From the NCBI GenBank assembly GCA_051003195.1, contig JBPCLP010000053.1, positions 1 to 64,000 of the forward strand: a stretch of DNA of 64,000 nucleotides, given 5' to 3'. Positions within the stretch are counted from its first letter, which is position 1. Every line of letters starts with the position of its first letter. Origin of the DNA: Candidatus Sumerlaeaceae bacterium (GTDB taxonomy: Bacteria; Sumerlaeota; Sumerlaeia; Sumerlaeales; Sumerlaeaceae). The notes beneath the pieces are model-generated. The model ran no database searches, was not told the origin of the DNA, and worked only from the letters and a program-made list of their open reading frames with translations. This document shows positions 27,311-36,243 of this stretch, one piece after another. Both the position numbers and the translations under genes were made by a program.

Positions 27311-30190
27311 ATGCGAAAACTGACAATAACCCTGATGCTGTTGTCTCCCGCGGCGGTCTTTGCTGCAGATTCTGCGACTCAGCAGTCCGCAAACCTGTTG
27401 CCGAATCCCGGGTTTGAGCTGCTCCAGGAAGCGGCGGCAAATCCAATGCCGCAGAAGTGGAACGTCGTCAAAAGGGGCACGTCCGCGGACGTTCGAGTAG
27501 CGGAAGGACCCAATACCGGAAACCGGGCAATTCGGATTGCCGCGGCGGGCGAGGATGCCGCCGGCCTGAACAGTGATCCTCTGGATGTGCAGAGAGGAAC
27601 TGTTCGCTTCAGGTACAAAATCACCACGGCCACTGTGCCGGTCGTCAACACGTGCATGTTCGTGATCGGGCTATCCGATTCAGGTGTCGAGGGTGGCCGC
27701 GTGGCATTTGTTCCCCCGTCCGAACATGTGGGCGACGCTGAGTGGCACGATGGTTCTTTTCACTTCGATTTAAGTTCCGCGGGGCGCAGATGCCTGGTGG
27801 CTCCCCGCGTAAATGAACAGACATCGGCTACCGGTTCGGGCGAATGGCTTGTGGACAGCTTCGAGGTCATTGCGGACGCCGAGACATTGAAGCCGAAGCT
27901 CAGCTACGTCTGGTCGAGCAAGCCGCTTGCAGTGATCGGCGACACCGTTACGTTCAGTGCTTTTGTCGAAAACGCAGGAACCACAACTGTGCCGCAGGCG
28001 GAACTGCTGTTGACGATAAACGGCGGCATGGCCACAGAGCAGCCCACGAGGAGCGTGACGCAGCTCAAGCCCGGCAGTTTTGAACGGATCGACTGGAACC
28101 TGAGCGCCGATCGCGAGGGCACAGTAACCCTGCAGGCGGTCCTGAAATGCGGCGATTACCGGGAAGATCGCGATTACAGAATCCTGGTGGTTCCGGCACG
28201 GAAGAAGGTTGATCGGCGGCAGGTGTGTACGGACCAGTCCGGCTACTGGCGCGTGCTGCCTCACCCGGAAACCCTGCAGAAAGGCAATACTTCCGCACTG
28301 GTCGAGATTTCTAAAAAGAGATCCTCCGAAATCGGGCGAAGTCCCTATGGTCTCTGCGCGCATCTGCCGAGATCAAAAGATTACGAGGATCCTTTTAATC
28401 CCGGGCACGTGGTCGACAACGATTCCACAACCTGCTGGTCGAGTCAGCAGCGCCCGTCCACTTTTCCTGGCAACCCGCCCTGGATCAAAATCGATCTTCC
28501 CGCGGCCGCTGCTGTCAGCCAGGTCAACCTTGTCCCCTACTGGAATAACAGCGACTTTCCCCTCGGTTTCACGGTTCTCGGCTCCACCGACGGCACCAGC
28601 TGGACGCAGATGCTGCGCGTGACGCAGCATCAATTTGAGAAGAATGGTCCGAGGCGGGAAGATAAGATCGTTCAGCAATTTCCTCTTCCAGCACCTGCTG
28701 CGGTGAAGTCTGTACGCATCAGCTTCGACAGGCTACCGCTTGCCGGCGGCAACTATGCCGAAGTTTCCCAGGGCTACAAAGCCCGGGTGTCCGGAATCGA
28801 GCTGATGTCGGAGGAGGGCGAGAACCTGGCCTCGGCAGAAAAAGGTGCCCGCGCTGAAGCTTCGGAATTCTTTACCGGCTGGCAGAACACCCTCCGGACA
28901 GTGAACGAGCCGTTCGACAGGATTTTTGATCTGGGTGTGAAGTATGTGCGTGTCGGACAATGGGGCGACCAGACCGAGTGGGCCGCGGTCGAACGTGAGA
29001 AGGGGAAGTTCCAGGTTGATCCTGTCACAGATGCCGGCATTCAGCGGCTCCTGGATAACGGAGTAGATATCCTGTTTGGTCTTCAGTACGGAAATGCCGT
29101 TCACGAGCGGCCGGAAAAGCCCTGGGGTGAATTAGGGCCCATCTACAAGGAAGGGCACCCGTTCTACCTGAATAATGGTCCCCGTACAGAAGCGGGGCGG
29201 AAGGCGTTTACGGATTACGTCGACTACGTCGTTCGACGTTACGGTAAACGCATCCGCTGGTGGGAGCTGTGGAATGAAGAGAACGGCTGGTATCCCACCC
29301 ATGAGCCGGAGCTTTACGGTAAGCTGCTGTTCGAAGTGGGCAAGCGGATCAAGTCGATCGACCCGGCGTTGAAAGTGATGTTTGGAGGAACAGCTGCACC
29401 TGCACCGAATACGGTCGACGTGGCTCTGCAGCAGGGAGGGGCCCCTTATGTTGATGCTTATGCGTTCCACCCATACGGTATCGACAAGCCTGAAGGAGGC
29501 ATGGGAACCATGGAATGGCACGGCCCCCATAACAAGAGCCTCAGCCGGGAGCAGACGGGATGGAACAGGCTGGAGGACATTATCGCCGGCGTTAAAAAAC
29601 CGTTTGAGAAGCATGGACGGCCCGAAGTGGAAATCTGGATGAACGAATGGAGCCTCAATGTGACGGGGCTGGATTATTCGTACAATCCGGGTATCGGCGA
29701 ATATGGATTGGCCAAGTACCTCCTTCGTTTTTACATTTATGCGGGTTGGCTGAAGGTGCCGACAGCGTGGTGGGCTCTTTATAATGAAAACAAGAGCCAG
29801 GACTGGAGCATCCTCGATCATGATTTCGGTTTTCGGCCGTTGTCGTTTGCGCTGCAAAACGTGTGCAGTTTCCTAAGCGACGTTGAGCCTGTTCGGAACC
29901 TGCAGTATCGGTGCTCTGCAAAATTGCCGGACCTGAAGGTCATCGGCTACGTGCGCGACGGCACAAGCGAAAGTCTCGCGCTGCTGTGGAACGCAGAAGG
30001 GCATACCGACGACGTGCGATCCTATCCGGCCGATGTTGCCTTGAAGAGTCCGGCCAAACCCGCCGCTGTCACCTTGACGGATCTGTACTGGGGTCAAACC
30101 CAGGACGCGGTCTGGGAATATGAAAGCGGGGAAATTCTGTTAAGGGGGCTCACGCTGCGGGATTACCCCGTCTGCGTTTCGTGGAAATAA
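27311..30190 (+). CDS. Secreted multidomain clan GH-A glycoside hydrolase (CBM4/9-like, Ig/CARDB-like, discoidin F5/8, GH39/GH5-like barrel)
   Basis: Signal peptide, NLLPNPGFE, WIKIDL...STDGTSW, LGVKYVR, acid/base WELWNEE, AFHPY, nucleophile WMNEW. Confidence 0.82.
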   Translation: MRKLTITLMLLSPAAVFAADSATQQSANLLPNPGFELLQEAAANPMPQKWNVVKRGTSADVRVAEGPNTGNRAIRIAAAGEDAAGLNSDPLDVQRGTVRFRYKITTATVPVVNTCMFVIGLSDSGVEGGRVAFVPPSEHVGDAEWHDGSFHFDLSSAGRRCLVAPRVNEQTSATGSGEWLVDSFEVIADAETLKPKLSYVWSSKPLAVIGDTVTFSAFVENAGTTTVPQAELLLTINGGMATEQPTRSVTQLKPGSFERIDWNLSADREGTVTLQAVLKCGDYREDRDYRILVVPARKKVDRRQVCTDQSGYWRVLPHPETLQKGNTSALVEISKKRSSEIGRSPYGLCAHLPRSKDYEDPFNPGHVVDNDSTTCWSSQQRPSTFPGNPPWIKIDLPAAAAVSQVNLVPYWNNSDFPLGFTVLGSTDGTSWTQMLRVTQHQFEKNGPRREDKIVQQFPLPAPAAVKSVRISFDRLPLAGGNYAEVSQGYKARVSGIELMSEEGENLASAEKGARAEASEFFTGWQNTLRTVNEPFDRIFDLGVKYVRVGQWGDQTEWAAVEREKGKFQVDPVTDAGIQRLLDNGVDILFGLQYGNAVHERPEKPWGELGPIYKEGHPFYLNNGPRTEAGRKAFTDYVDYVVRRYGKRIRWWELWNEENGWYPTHEPELYGKLLFEVGKRIKSIDPALKVMFGGTAAPAPNTVDVALQQGGAPYVDAYAFHPYGIDKPEGGMGTMEWHGPHNKSLSREQTGWNRLEDIIAGVKKPFEKHGRPEVEIWMNEWSLNVTGLDYSYNPGIGEYGLAKYLLRFYIYAGWLKVPTAWWALYNENKSQDWSILDHDFGFRPLSFALQNVCSFLSDVEPVRNLQYRCSAKLPDLKVIGYVRDGTSESLALLWNAEGHTDDVRSYPADVALKSPAKPAAVTLTDLYWGQTQDAVWEYESGEILLRGLTLRDYPVCVSWK

Positions 30191-30495
30191 TGTTGGAAAG
30201 GCGCCGCGATCCAGGTGAGGTTATCGAGAGTTTTAGGGACAGCTCCGAGACTATCTCGCGCGATCGGGAGCTGACGGGAACTCCTTGCTGACGCTAGCAC
30301 ATTAATTGTGAACACGTCAACTGTTTGGATGCCTAAGGACTTAGGTTGAGAAGTGAGCCCCCCTCCGCCGACGCTCAAAATCCCTGGAATGCGTAAGCCG
30401 TTCCCGAATCTTTTGCTCCCGTGTCGTCGGCTGGCGCGCCGATGAACACAGTCCGGCCTGATGGACGCAGGCGGGTGATATAAGCTGCTGGTAAG

Positions 30496-32109
30496 TCATT
30501 CATCCTTCCAGATCGACTTTAAGTTCCACACATCCATCGATGCCAGTCGGGCATTGTTACCTGTTTGGTAACACTGTATTGCGCTGCTTTCAGGAGAAGG
30601 AAAAACCAACGCGCTTATCACCGTTTCACCACCATTGCCGAAGACTTCAACGGATGACCGATCCACAAACAGGTGCAGACGTACTTTGCCGTTATCGGGA
30701 GCCATGGCCGCGGAATGACGGGTGGCAAAGCGCTCGTGAAAGTCCGACTTTCCCGAGTGTTTACGATCCACGAACATCTGCTGCCGCAATGCATCGTATC
30801 CGACGACCGTCTCTTCGTCGGCGCCTTTGCGTAACTTTATTCCAGCTTCTTCTGTCGTGCCCAGCTCGAACTCCGCCAGCACTTCGAGAAGGTCGCCTGA
30901 AACATTTTTGTCAGTAAGTAACGAATTGGCCGCTGAAAGTGTCTGATCCTGAAACCGTGTATGCTGTCCGCGCAGCAATTTAAGTTCTTCAACCGGATTC
31001 TGAATGAGCCGGTATTTGCCCGCCGCCTGTTTCAGTTCCAGTACACGCGGCACGGACTGGTTCCCGCGCCATGGATCTGTCGGAAGATTCCCTGCGTACT
31101 CGAGGTTCGTCATCCAGGCAATCGATATTCGTCGTCCGTCGCGTTCGGGTATATCCGACCAGGATTGTGACGCGTAAAAATCGGGTCCGTGATCCATCCA
31201 GAAAACGGTGCTGGTAGAGTTGTCATTAGTGAATTTCGTGCCATCAAACCGTCCCATGAAATACTGAACTCCTGAACCGCCTGATTCGCGCCCATGGCCG
31301 ACGCAAACCTGCAAAAGCCACTGCTCGTCCGGAAAGCGCATGAGATCAGGGCATTCCCATGGTCCGGCGCATGAACCCTCAGGACCGAAATCGCTCAGGT
31401 GCGACCATTGTTTCAGGTCTTTGGATCCATAGAAGCGTACCTGTTTTTCCGTCGATAGCGCAACGGCCATAACCCATTTCTTTGACTGTTCATGCCAGAT
31501 GACTTTTGGATCCCGGAAGTCCGCGTAGCCGATATCGATTACCGGGTTTCCCGAGTACTTTGTCCACGTACGGCCCCTGTCGTTGCTATAGGCAAGATTC
31601 TGAGTCTGGCGTCCCTGTTTGTGCGCCGTGTAAAAACATACAAGGCAGCCTGAAGTCTGAGAATCGGGACCAGAGAAGAACCCTGTGACGTTGTTTGTGT
31701 CTACGACGGCGCTGCCGCTGAACATCATCCATTCGGTTTCTTCCTGGAGCGCAATTGGCAGGTGTTCCCAGTGCACCAGATCCCGGCTGACACCGTGGCC
31801 CCAGCTCATGTGTCCCCACACCTTGTCCATGGGATTGTACTGGTAAAACAGGTGGTATTCCCCATCGTACCAAACGAGGCCATTCGGATCGTTCATCCAG
31901 TTCTTTTCCGGCGTGAAGTGGAACTGTGGCCGCCATGCGCCTGAGTAGTCTGCTTCGGCTTGCACCGCGTACGTTGCCGCCATGAACAGCAAGGTTGATA
32001 ACAATACAGTAAGATTCTTCCAGTGAAGCACAGATGCAGTCGACTGGATCAAAGAGACTTTCCTTAGTTTATGGAGAAGTATTTGGCAAATTGAAGTAGT
32101 GCTTGTCAT
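30496..32109 (-). CDS. GH32 levanase/beta-fructofuranosidase
   Basis: WMNDPNG, WGH, FSGSA, FRDPKV, WECPD, DRSSVEVF. True start may lie downstream. Confidence 0.95.
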   Translation of the reverse strand: MTSTTSICQILLHKLRKVSLIQSTASVLHWKNLTVLLSTLLFMAATYAVQAEADYSGAWRPQFHFTPEKNWMNDPNGLVWYDGEYHLFYQYNPMDKVWGHMSWGHGVSRDLVHWEHLPIALQEETEWMMFSGSAVVDTNNVTGFFSGPDSQTSGCLVCFYTAHKQGRQTQNLAYSNDRGRTWTKYSGNPVIDIGYADFRDPKVIWHEQSKKWVMAVALSTEKQVRFYGSKDLKQWSHLSDFGPEGSCAGPWECPDLMRFPDEQWLLQVCVGHGRESGGSGVQYFMGRFDGTKFTNDNSTSTVFWMDHGPDFYASQSWSDIPERDGRRISIAWMTNLEYAGNLPTDPWRGNQSVPRVLELKQAAGKYRLIQNPVEELKLLRGQHTRFQDQTLSAANSLLTDKNVSGDLLEVLAEFELGTTEEAGIKLRKGADEETVVGYDALRQQMFVDRKHSGKSDFHERFATRHSAAMAPDNGKVRLHLFVDRSSVEVFGNGGETVISALVFPSPESSAIQCYQTGNNARLASMDVWNLKSIWKDE

Positions 32110-32212
32110 GTCGTGTACATACGTGCCTGTGGCTCAAATATTACGCCCGTCTCTAATCGGGGATTTTCTTGCTGAAGTCCGGCATCGTTGAGCTGTCGCC
32201 CGATTTTACGTA

Positions 32213-32330
32213 ACGCCTTTTCAGGTCTTCGAGAACGGTTTTCCACGACTCCTCGCTCTCTCGAGAACCATTCACCGCGGCCAGCGATTGTTTGCGTCCG
32301 CCGTGGCGCCCATGGCCAGGAAGCACAAGG
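32213..32330 (-). mobile_element. IS256-family transposase remnant (short, frameshifted)
   Basis: CFLAMGATAD, frameshift, then GRKQSLAAVNGSRESEESWKTVLEDLKRR; matches the IS256 G.KE....G.RES..SW...L.DLK.RG segment. Confidence 0.7.
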
Positions 32331-32466
32331 CGTGCCGGATTTGCAAGCGCGCCTGGGATACAAAAAACCCAGGACCATGAACGGTTGACAGCCCGCGTCG
32401 CCACGCATCCGTTTAACCCTTCATAAAAGATGTGCGCCGTAACTGGCGCGGGGGCTGAGATAAATT

Positions 32467-33636
32467 ATGACCAGTGTTGCGACAGCTTTCTCCAGTGCGA
32501 ATGACAGCGCGACGGCAGGTGCTGAAATCGGGAAGCAACTATTGGATTCGCTGGAAAACCAAACTCCCGACGCCGTGATCGTGTTTGCGTCGTCGCGCTA
32601 TGAGTATTCTCCATTGATTGAAGGCATAATGAAGCAGTGCAATCCCGGCGTGCTGGTGGGTTGTAGTTCGGCGGGCGAGTTCGTGACGGACGCACGGGCT
32701 GAAGGCGCCGTTTCGGCGATGGGAATCAAGTCGAACCAGATGGCCTTCCGGGCCGGCCTCGCGCGTAATCTGCGCGAGAACACGCAATCGGCGGCGCTGC
32801 AGCTTGTGGGACAGTTCGGGGGCTTGAAGGAACCGCAGTTCGGCTATCGTAGCGCACTGCTGCTTACCGATGCGCTTGCCGGCCAGACAGAGGAATTGAT
32901 TACGGAACTCACCGCGCTTACTGGCGGCGCTTACGCTTTTTTTGGCGGCGGCGCTGGCGATGATGCGCACTTCAGCCGCACGGTGGTTTTTTCCGGGAAC
33001 GAAGTGGCTACTGATGCGGTGGCGGGCCTCGAAATTCTTTCAAAAAAGCCCTTGGGAATTGGCGTGAGCCACGGCTGGGAACCTGCCACCAGCCACATGC
33101 GGGTAACGGAATCGCAGGGCATGCGTCTGATTAGTCTCAACTCCATTCCCGCCGCGGAAGTCTTTGAAGAGCACGCGAAAGAAACCGGCCAGAACTTTGA
33201 CCGGGCAGACCCTGTTCCGTTCTTCCTGCATAATGTATTGGGCATCGCTACGCCGGATGGCTACAAGTTGCGTGTGCCGCTGTCGGTAAACGAGGACGGA
33301 TCGATCCTTTGCGCGTCGGATGTTCCCGAAGGAAGCCAGATCGCAATCATGAAAACCGGTACGGAATCGGCAGCGGAAGCAGCCCGGCGCGCCGCCGAAG
33401 CGGCATTGGAACAAACGAATCATCAACCGGTGAGGGCGGCCATTTTTTTTGATTGCGTCGCCACGAGGCTACGGCTGGGGCAGGCATTTCAAAGCGAACT
33501 GGACAGCCTGCGGCAAACATTGGGCACCGACACCATGTACGTTGGCTGCAACAGCTACGGACAGATTGCCCGCGTGGATAACCAGTTCTGCGGTTTTCAT
33601 AATTGCACCGCAGTGGTTTGTGTCTTACCCGAATAG
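32467..33636 (+). CDS. FIST_N/FIST_C sensory protein (NosP-like)
   Basis: LVGCSSAGEF, FGGGAGDD, VSHGWEP, FDCVATR, YGQI, FHNCT. Confidence 0.9.
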   Translation: MTSVATAFSSANDSATAGAEIGKQLLDSLENQTPDAVIVFASSRYEYSPLIEGIMKQCNPGVLVGCSSAGEFVTDARAEGAVSAMGIKSNQMAFRAGLARNLRENTQSAALQLVGQFGGLKEPQFGYRSALLLTDALAGQTEELITELTALTGGAYAFFGGGAGDDAHFSRTVVFSGNEVATDAVAGLEILSKKPLGIGVSHGWEPATSHMRVTESQGMRLISLNSIPAAEVFEEHAKETGQNFDRADPVPFFLHNVLGIATPDGYKLRVPLSVNEDGSILCASDVPEGSQIAIMKTGTESAAEAARRAAEAALEQTNHQPVRAAIFFDCVATRLRLGQAFQSELDSLRQTLGTDTMYVGCNSYGQIARVDNQFCGFHNCTAVVCVLPE

Positions 33637-33637
33637 C

Positions 33638-34981
33638 ATGTCCTTCTGCGAAGAGCTCGTGCCTCTGTTGCGCCGACTGCTGACTGAAGAGGTGATTGAT
33701 TCGGCCGAGCAGGAAATTGCATCGGCCTTCGGTGCTGAACACTTGCTTATCTTTGTGAGGGACCCTGTGATTGGAATTTCTCTTCCAGCGCCGGGGTTCC
33801 CGCGAACGCTGCCCGGGGCGCTGGAATGGCGCGACTTTTTAAACGAACTGAAAGTTGGCGTTGGTTTAGAGCGGCAACTTATCTCGCCGTGGAGCAAGGT
33901 GCGTGAACCATGCGTTGCGTGCAGTTCGCCGGACGGTACTGCCGCGGCGCTGATTGGCGGAACCCCATCGTGTGAGTCCCTGGGCGACCTGATGACGTTA
34001 CTGCCTCTCGTTGGGCGGGGGCTGCAGCTGAAGCTTGAGCTGGGTATAGCAACCGCGCAATTTCAGGAAAGCCGGGTCGCCATCCAGCGGGCGGGAGTGC
34101 TGGCGCAATCGCTCGATGCGTTGCGGCGAGAACTGCAGGAGGCACTAAACAGCGCATTGGCCGAACGGGCGCGCGCGGAAGATGCAGTGGCGGAGACCCG
34201 GCGCATGAATGAAGAGCTTCAATCCGCGCGGGACGTGGCGATTGAGGCAAGCCGCGCCAAATCCGCCTTTCTTGCGAACATGAGCCACGAGCTTCGGACG
34301 CCGCTGAACGCCATTATCGGCTATGCTGAAATGATCCAGGACGAAAGCGCCGCGGGAGATTTTGAAAGGCTTTTGGGAGACGTGACTAATATTCGCAGTT
34401 CGGGCCGGCATCTCCTGGGCCTCATCAGCAATATTCTGGATCTGTCCAAAATCGAAGCAGGAAAGATGGACCTGGACCTGTGCTCTTTTTTCGCAAAGGA
34501 TTTGATCGAAGAAGTCGCGAACCTTATTGAACCCATGGCACGAAGCCGAAATAATTCCGTGGCAATTGAAGCGCCGCGTCCGGAATTGAAGATTTATTCC
34601 GACCGCATAAAGCTGCGCCAGATACTCGTGAACCTGGCAAGCAACGCGGTTAAGTTCACCACCAATGGACAGGTGACCATCGCCGTGCGCGAGCAGCACG
34701 ATATTGCGCCTGACTGCGTAACGTTTTCGGTAACCGACACTGGCGTGGGTATAGAAAAGGACCAGCTTTCCCGGCTGTTTAATGATTTCAGTCAACTGGA
34801 CAGCGCCCGCCAGGATCACCAATCGGGCACCGGTCTCGGCCTTGCAATCAGCCAGCGGTTAAGCGAAATGCTGGGAGGCGCGATCACCGTAAAATCTGAA
34901 CCGGGCCGCGGCTCTATGTTTTCACTAACTTTGCGAGGAGACGAGGTTGGCGTGCTTAGCGCTATGCACGAATACGATTAG
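33638..34981 (+). CDS. Sensor histidine kinase adjacent to the FIST gene
   Basis: FLANMSHELRTPL, NLASNAVKFT, DTGVGI, GTGLGL. ATG lies 1 nt after the FIST stop. Confidence 0.92.
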   Translation: MSFCEELVPLLRRLLTEEVIDSAEQEIASAFGAEHLLIFVRDPVIGISLPAPGFPRTLPGALEWRDFLNELKVGVGLERQLISPWSKVREPCVACSSPDGTAAALIGGTPSCESLGDLMTLLPLVGRGLQLKLELGIATAQFQESRVAIQRAGVLAQSLDALRRELQEALNSALAERARAEDAVAETRRMNEELQSARDVAIEASRAKSAFLANMSHELRTPLNAIIGYAEMIQDESAAGDFERLLGDVTNIRSSGRHLLGLISNILDLSKIEAGKMDLDLCSFFAKDLIEEVANLIEPMARSRNNSVAIEAPRPELKIYSDRIKLRQILVNLASNAVKFTTNGQVTIAVREQHDIAPDCVTFSVTDTGVGIEKDQLSRLFNDFSQLDSARQDHQSGTGLGLAISQRLSEMLGGAITVKSEPGRGSMFSLTLRGDEVGVLSAMHEYD

Positions 34982-35030
34982 CGTCGCCCGGGCTTGGTCT
35001 GTCCGGGATCACGCATATTCTCAGCCTGTA

Positions 35031-35138
35031 GTAAAGCAGTAATTTTTATCCACGAATCACACGAATATCAGGAATGATGCGATGGGTTGGAGGGTGCGGG
35101 CGTGACTGCGTTTGAGGCTTTCAAGTTTTTCAAGTTTG
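35031..35138 (-). repeat. ~110-bp repeat, copy 2, inverted relative to 27003-27127
   Basis: Reverse complement reads CAAACTTGAAAAACTTGAAAGCCTC...CATCATTCC...TTCGTGTGATTCGTGGATAAAAATTACTGCTTTAC. Confidence 0.75.
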
Positions 35139-35246
35139 GGAGTTCACCAGTGCGCGCCCAAGGCGGAGGGATGTGGCTAAGGGCTTATTTTTATTGCGGT
35201 TCGTCGCATAGTGAGAAACTAGTGCACATTATAAAGGAGTCATCAA

Positions 35247-35858
35247 ATGAAGTCATTCGGTACATTTCTGCTCGTTTCAAGCGCACTGCTGTTCACTGGA
35301 TCAGCCTCAGCGTTCGATGGGTTTTTCGTGACGGAGAAACTGAAAGAAAAAATAGTTTGTGATCCGACCTGCACCGAAAATCAGAGAGGCAAATTCCAGG
35401 GTTTTGCGACATTTGGCCTCAGTGACTCTTTCATACTGTCGCTGGATGAGCAAAGCTCGCTCACAGTTCAGATAGGCGACTTCAATTTTTCGGCTCCACT
35501 CGGGGACGATCCTAATTACCAGGCCGGCGACACAAGCGTTCAGCTTCGAAACGTGGTGCTGATTTCAAATGGGTCACTTGTTGTGCTGACGGTAAAGGCC
35601 AGCTGGAGTGATGGCAACTTCAGGCTGCGCATAAAAGGCATTACGCCTTATACGGCAAGTCCGGTAGCCGCCTCACTGATTGGGACGTCAACCGGAATTA
35701 AGAACGTAGATGTGCCGATGGCAGTGACGCTGAACTTTGCGGGTATATCCAGCGTTAGCGCTCCGTGGTCAGGTGTGCTGACAAGGAAAACGGTAAACGT
35801 GAACAGCGTGGATTACGAGCTGGATAAGATCAGCCTGGCCGGAGTGCTGACCTTCTAA
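35247..35858 (+). CDS. Hypothetical secreted beta-rich protein
   Basis: AAGGAG RBS, signal peptide ending ASA, alternating beta-strand pattern, C-terminal Phe. Confidence 0.75.
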   Translation: MKSFGTFLLVSSALLFTGSASAFDGFFVTEKLKEKIVCDPTCTENQRGKFQGFATFGLSDSFILSLDEQSSLTVQIGDFNFSAPLGDDPNYQAGDTSVQLRNVVLISNGSLVVLTVKASWSDGNFRLRIKGITPYTASPVAASLIGTSTGIKNVDVPMAVTLNFAGISSVSAPWSGVLTRKTVNVNSVDYELDKISLAGVLTF

Positions 35859-36243
35859 AAACTTGGAGATTTGAGATCGGCGGCCTCCCAATGGCACTAA
35901 AGCTGACCTCTTTACGACGGCGGAAGTATAGCGGCTTCGAACATTCTCTCTTCGAATTAAAGAGTCGAATTAAGGGGTTGGCTCGCGATCACGAAGAATA
36001 CGCTGGCCCCATGATGGCTCCGATGGCTGATGTGGCAGGGCTCACCCGTCGCGACAACTCTTGCAAATCACCGCATGCAAAACCGTCCACAATCTCATCG
36101 TGCAGTATGCAAAAAGAAAATTTACACGTCCGCAATTTTCAAGGCGAAACAGCCAATATATGCGCACAAATTTGATTCCGCCATCTGCATTGTTTCCGTC
36201 ACGGCTCAGCGCTTAGGCAGGATTGGGCCTGTTTCTTACCTGG

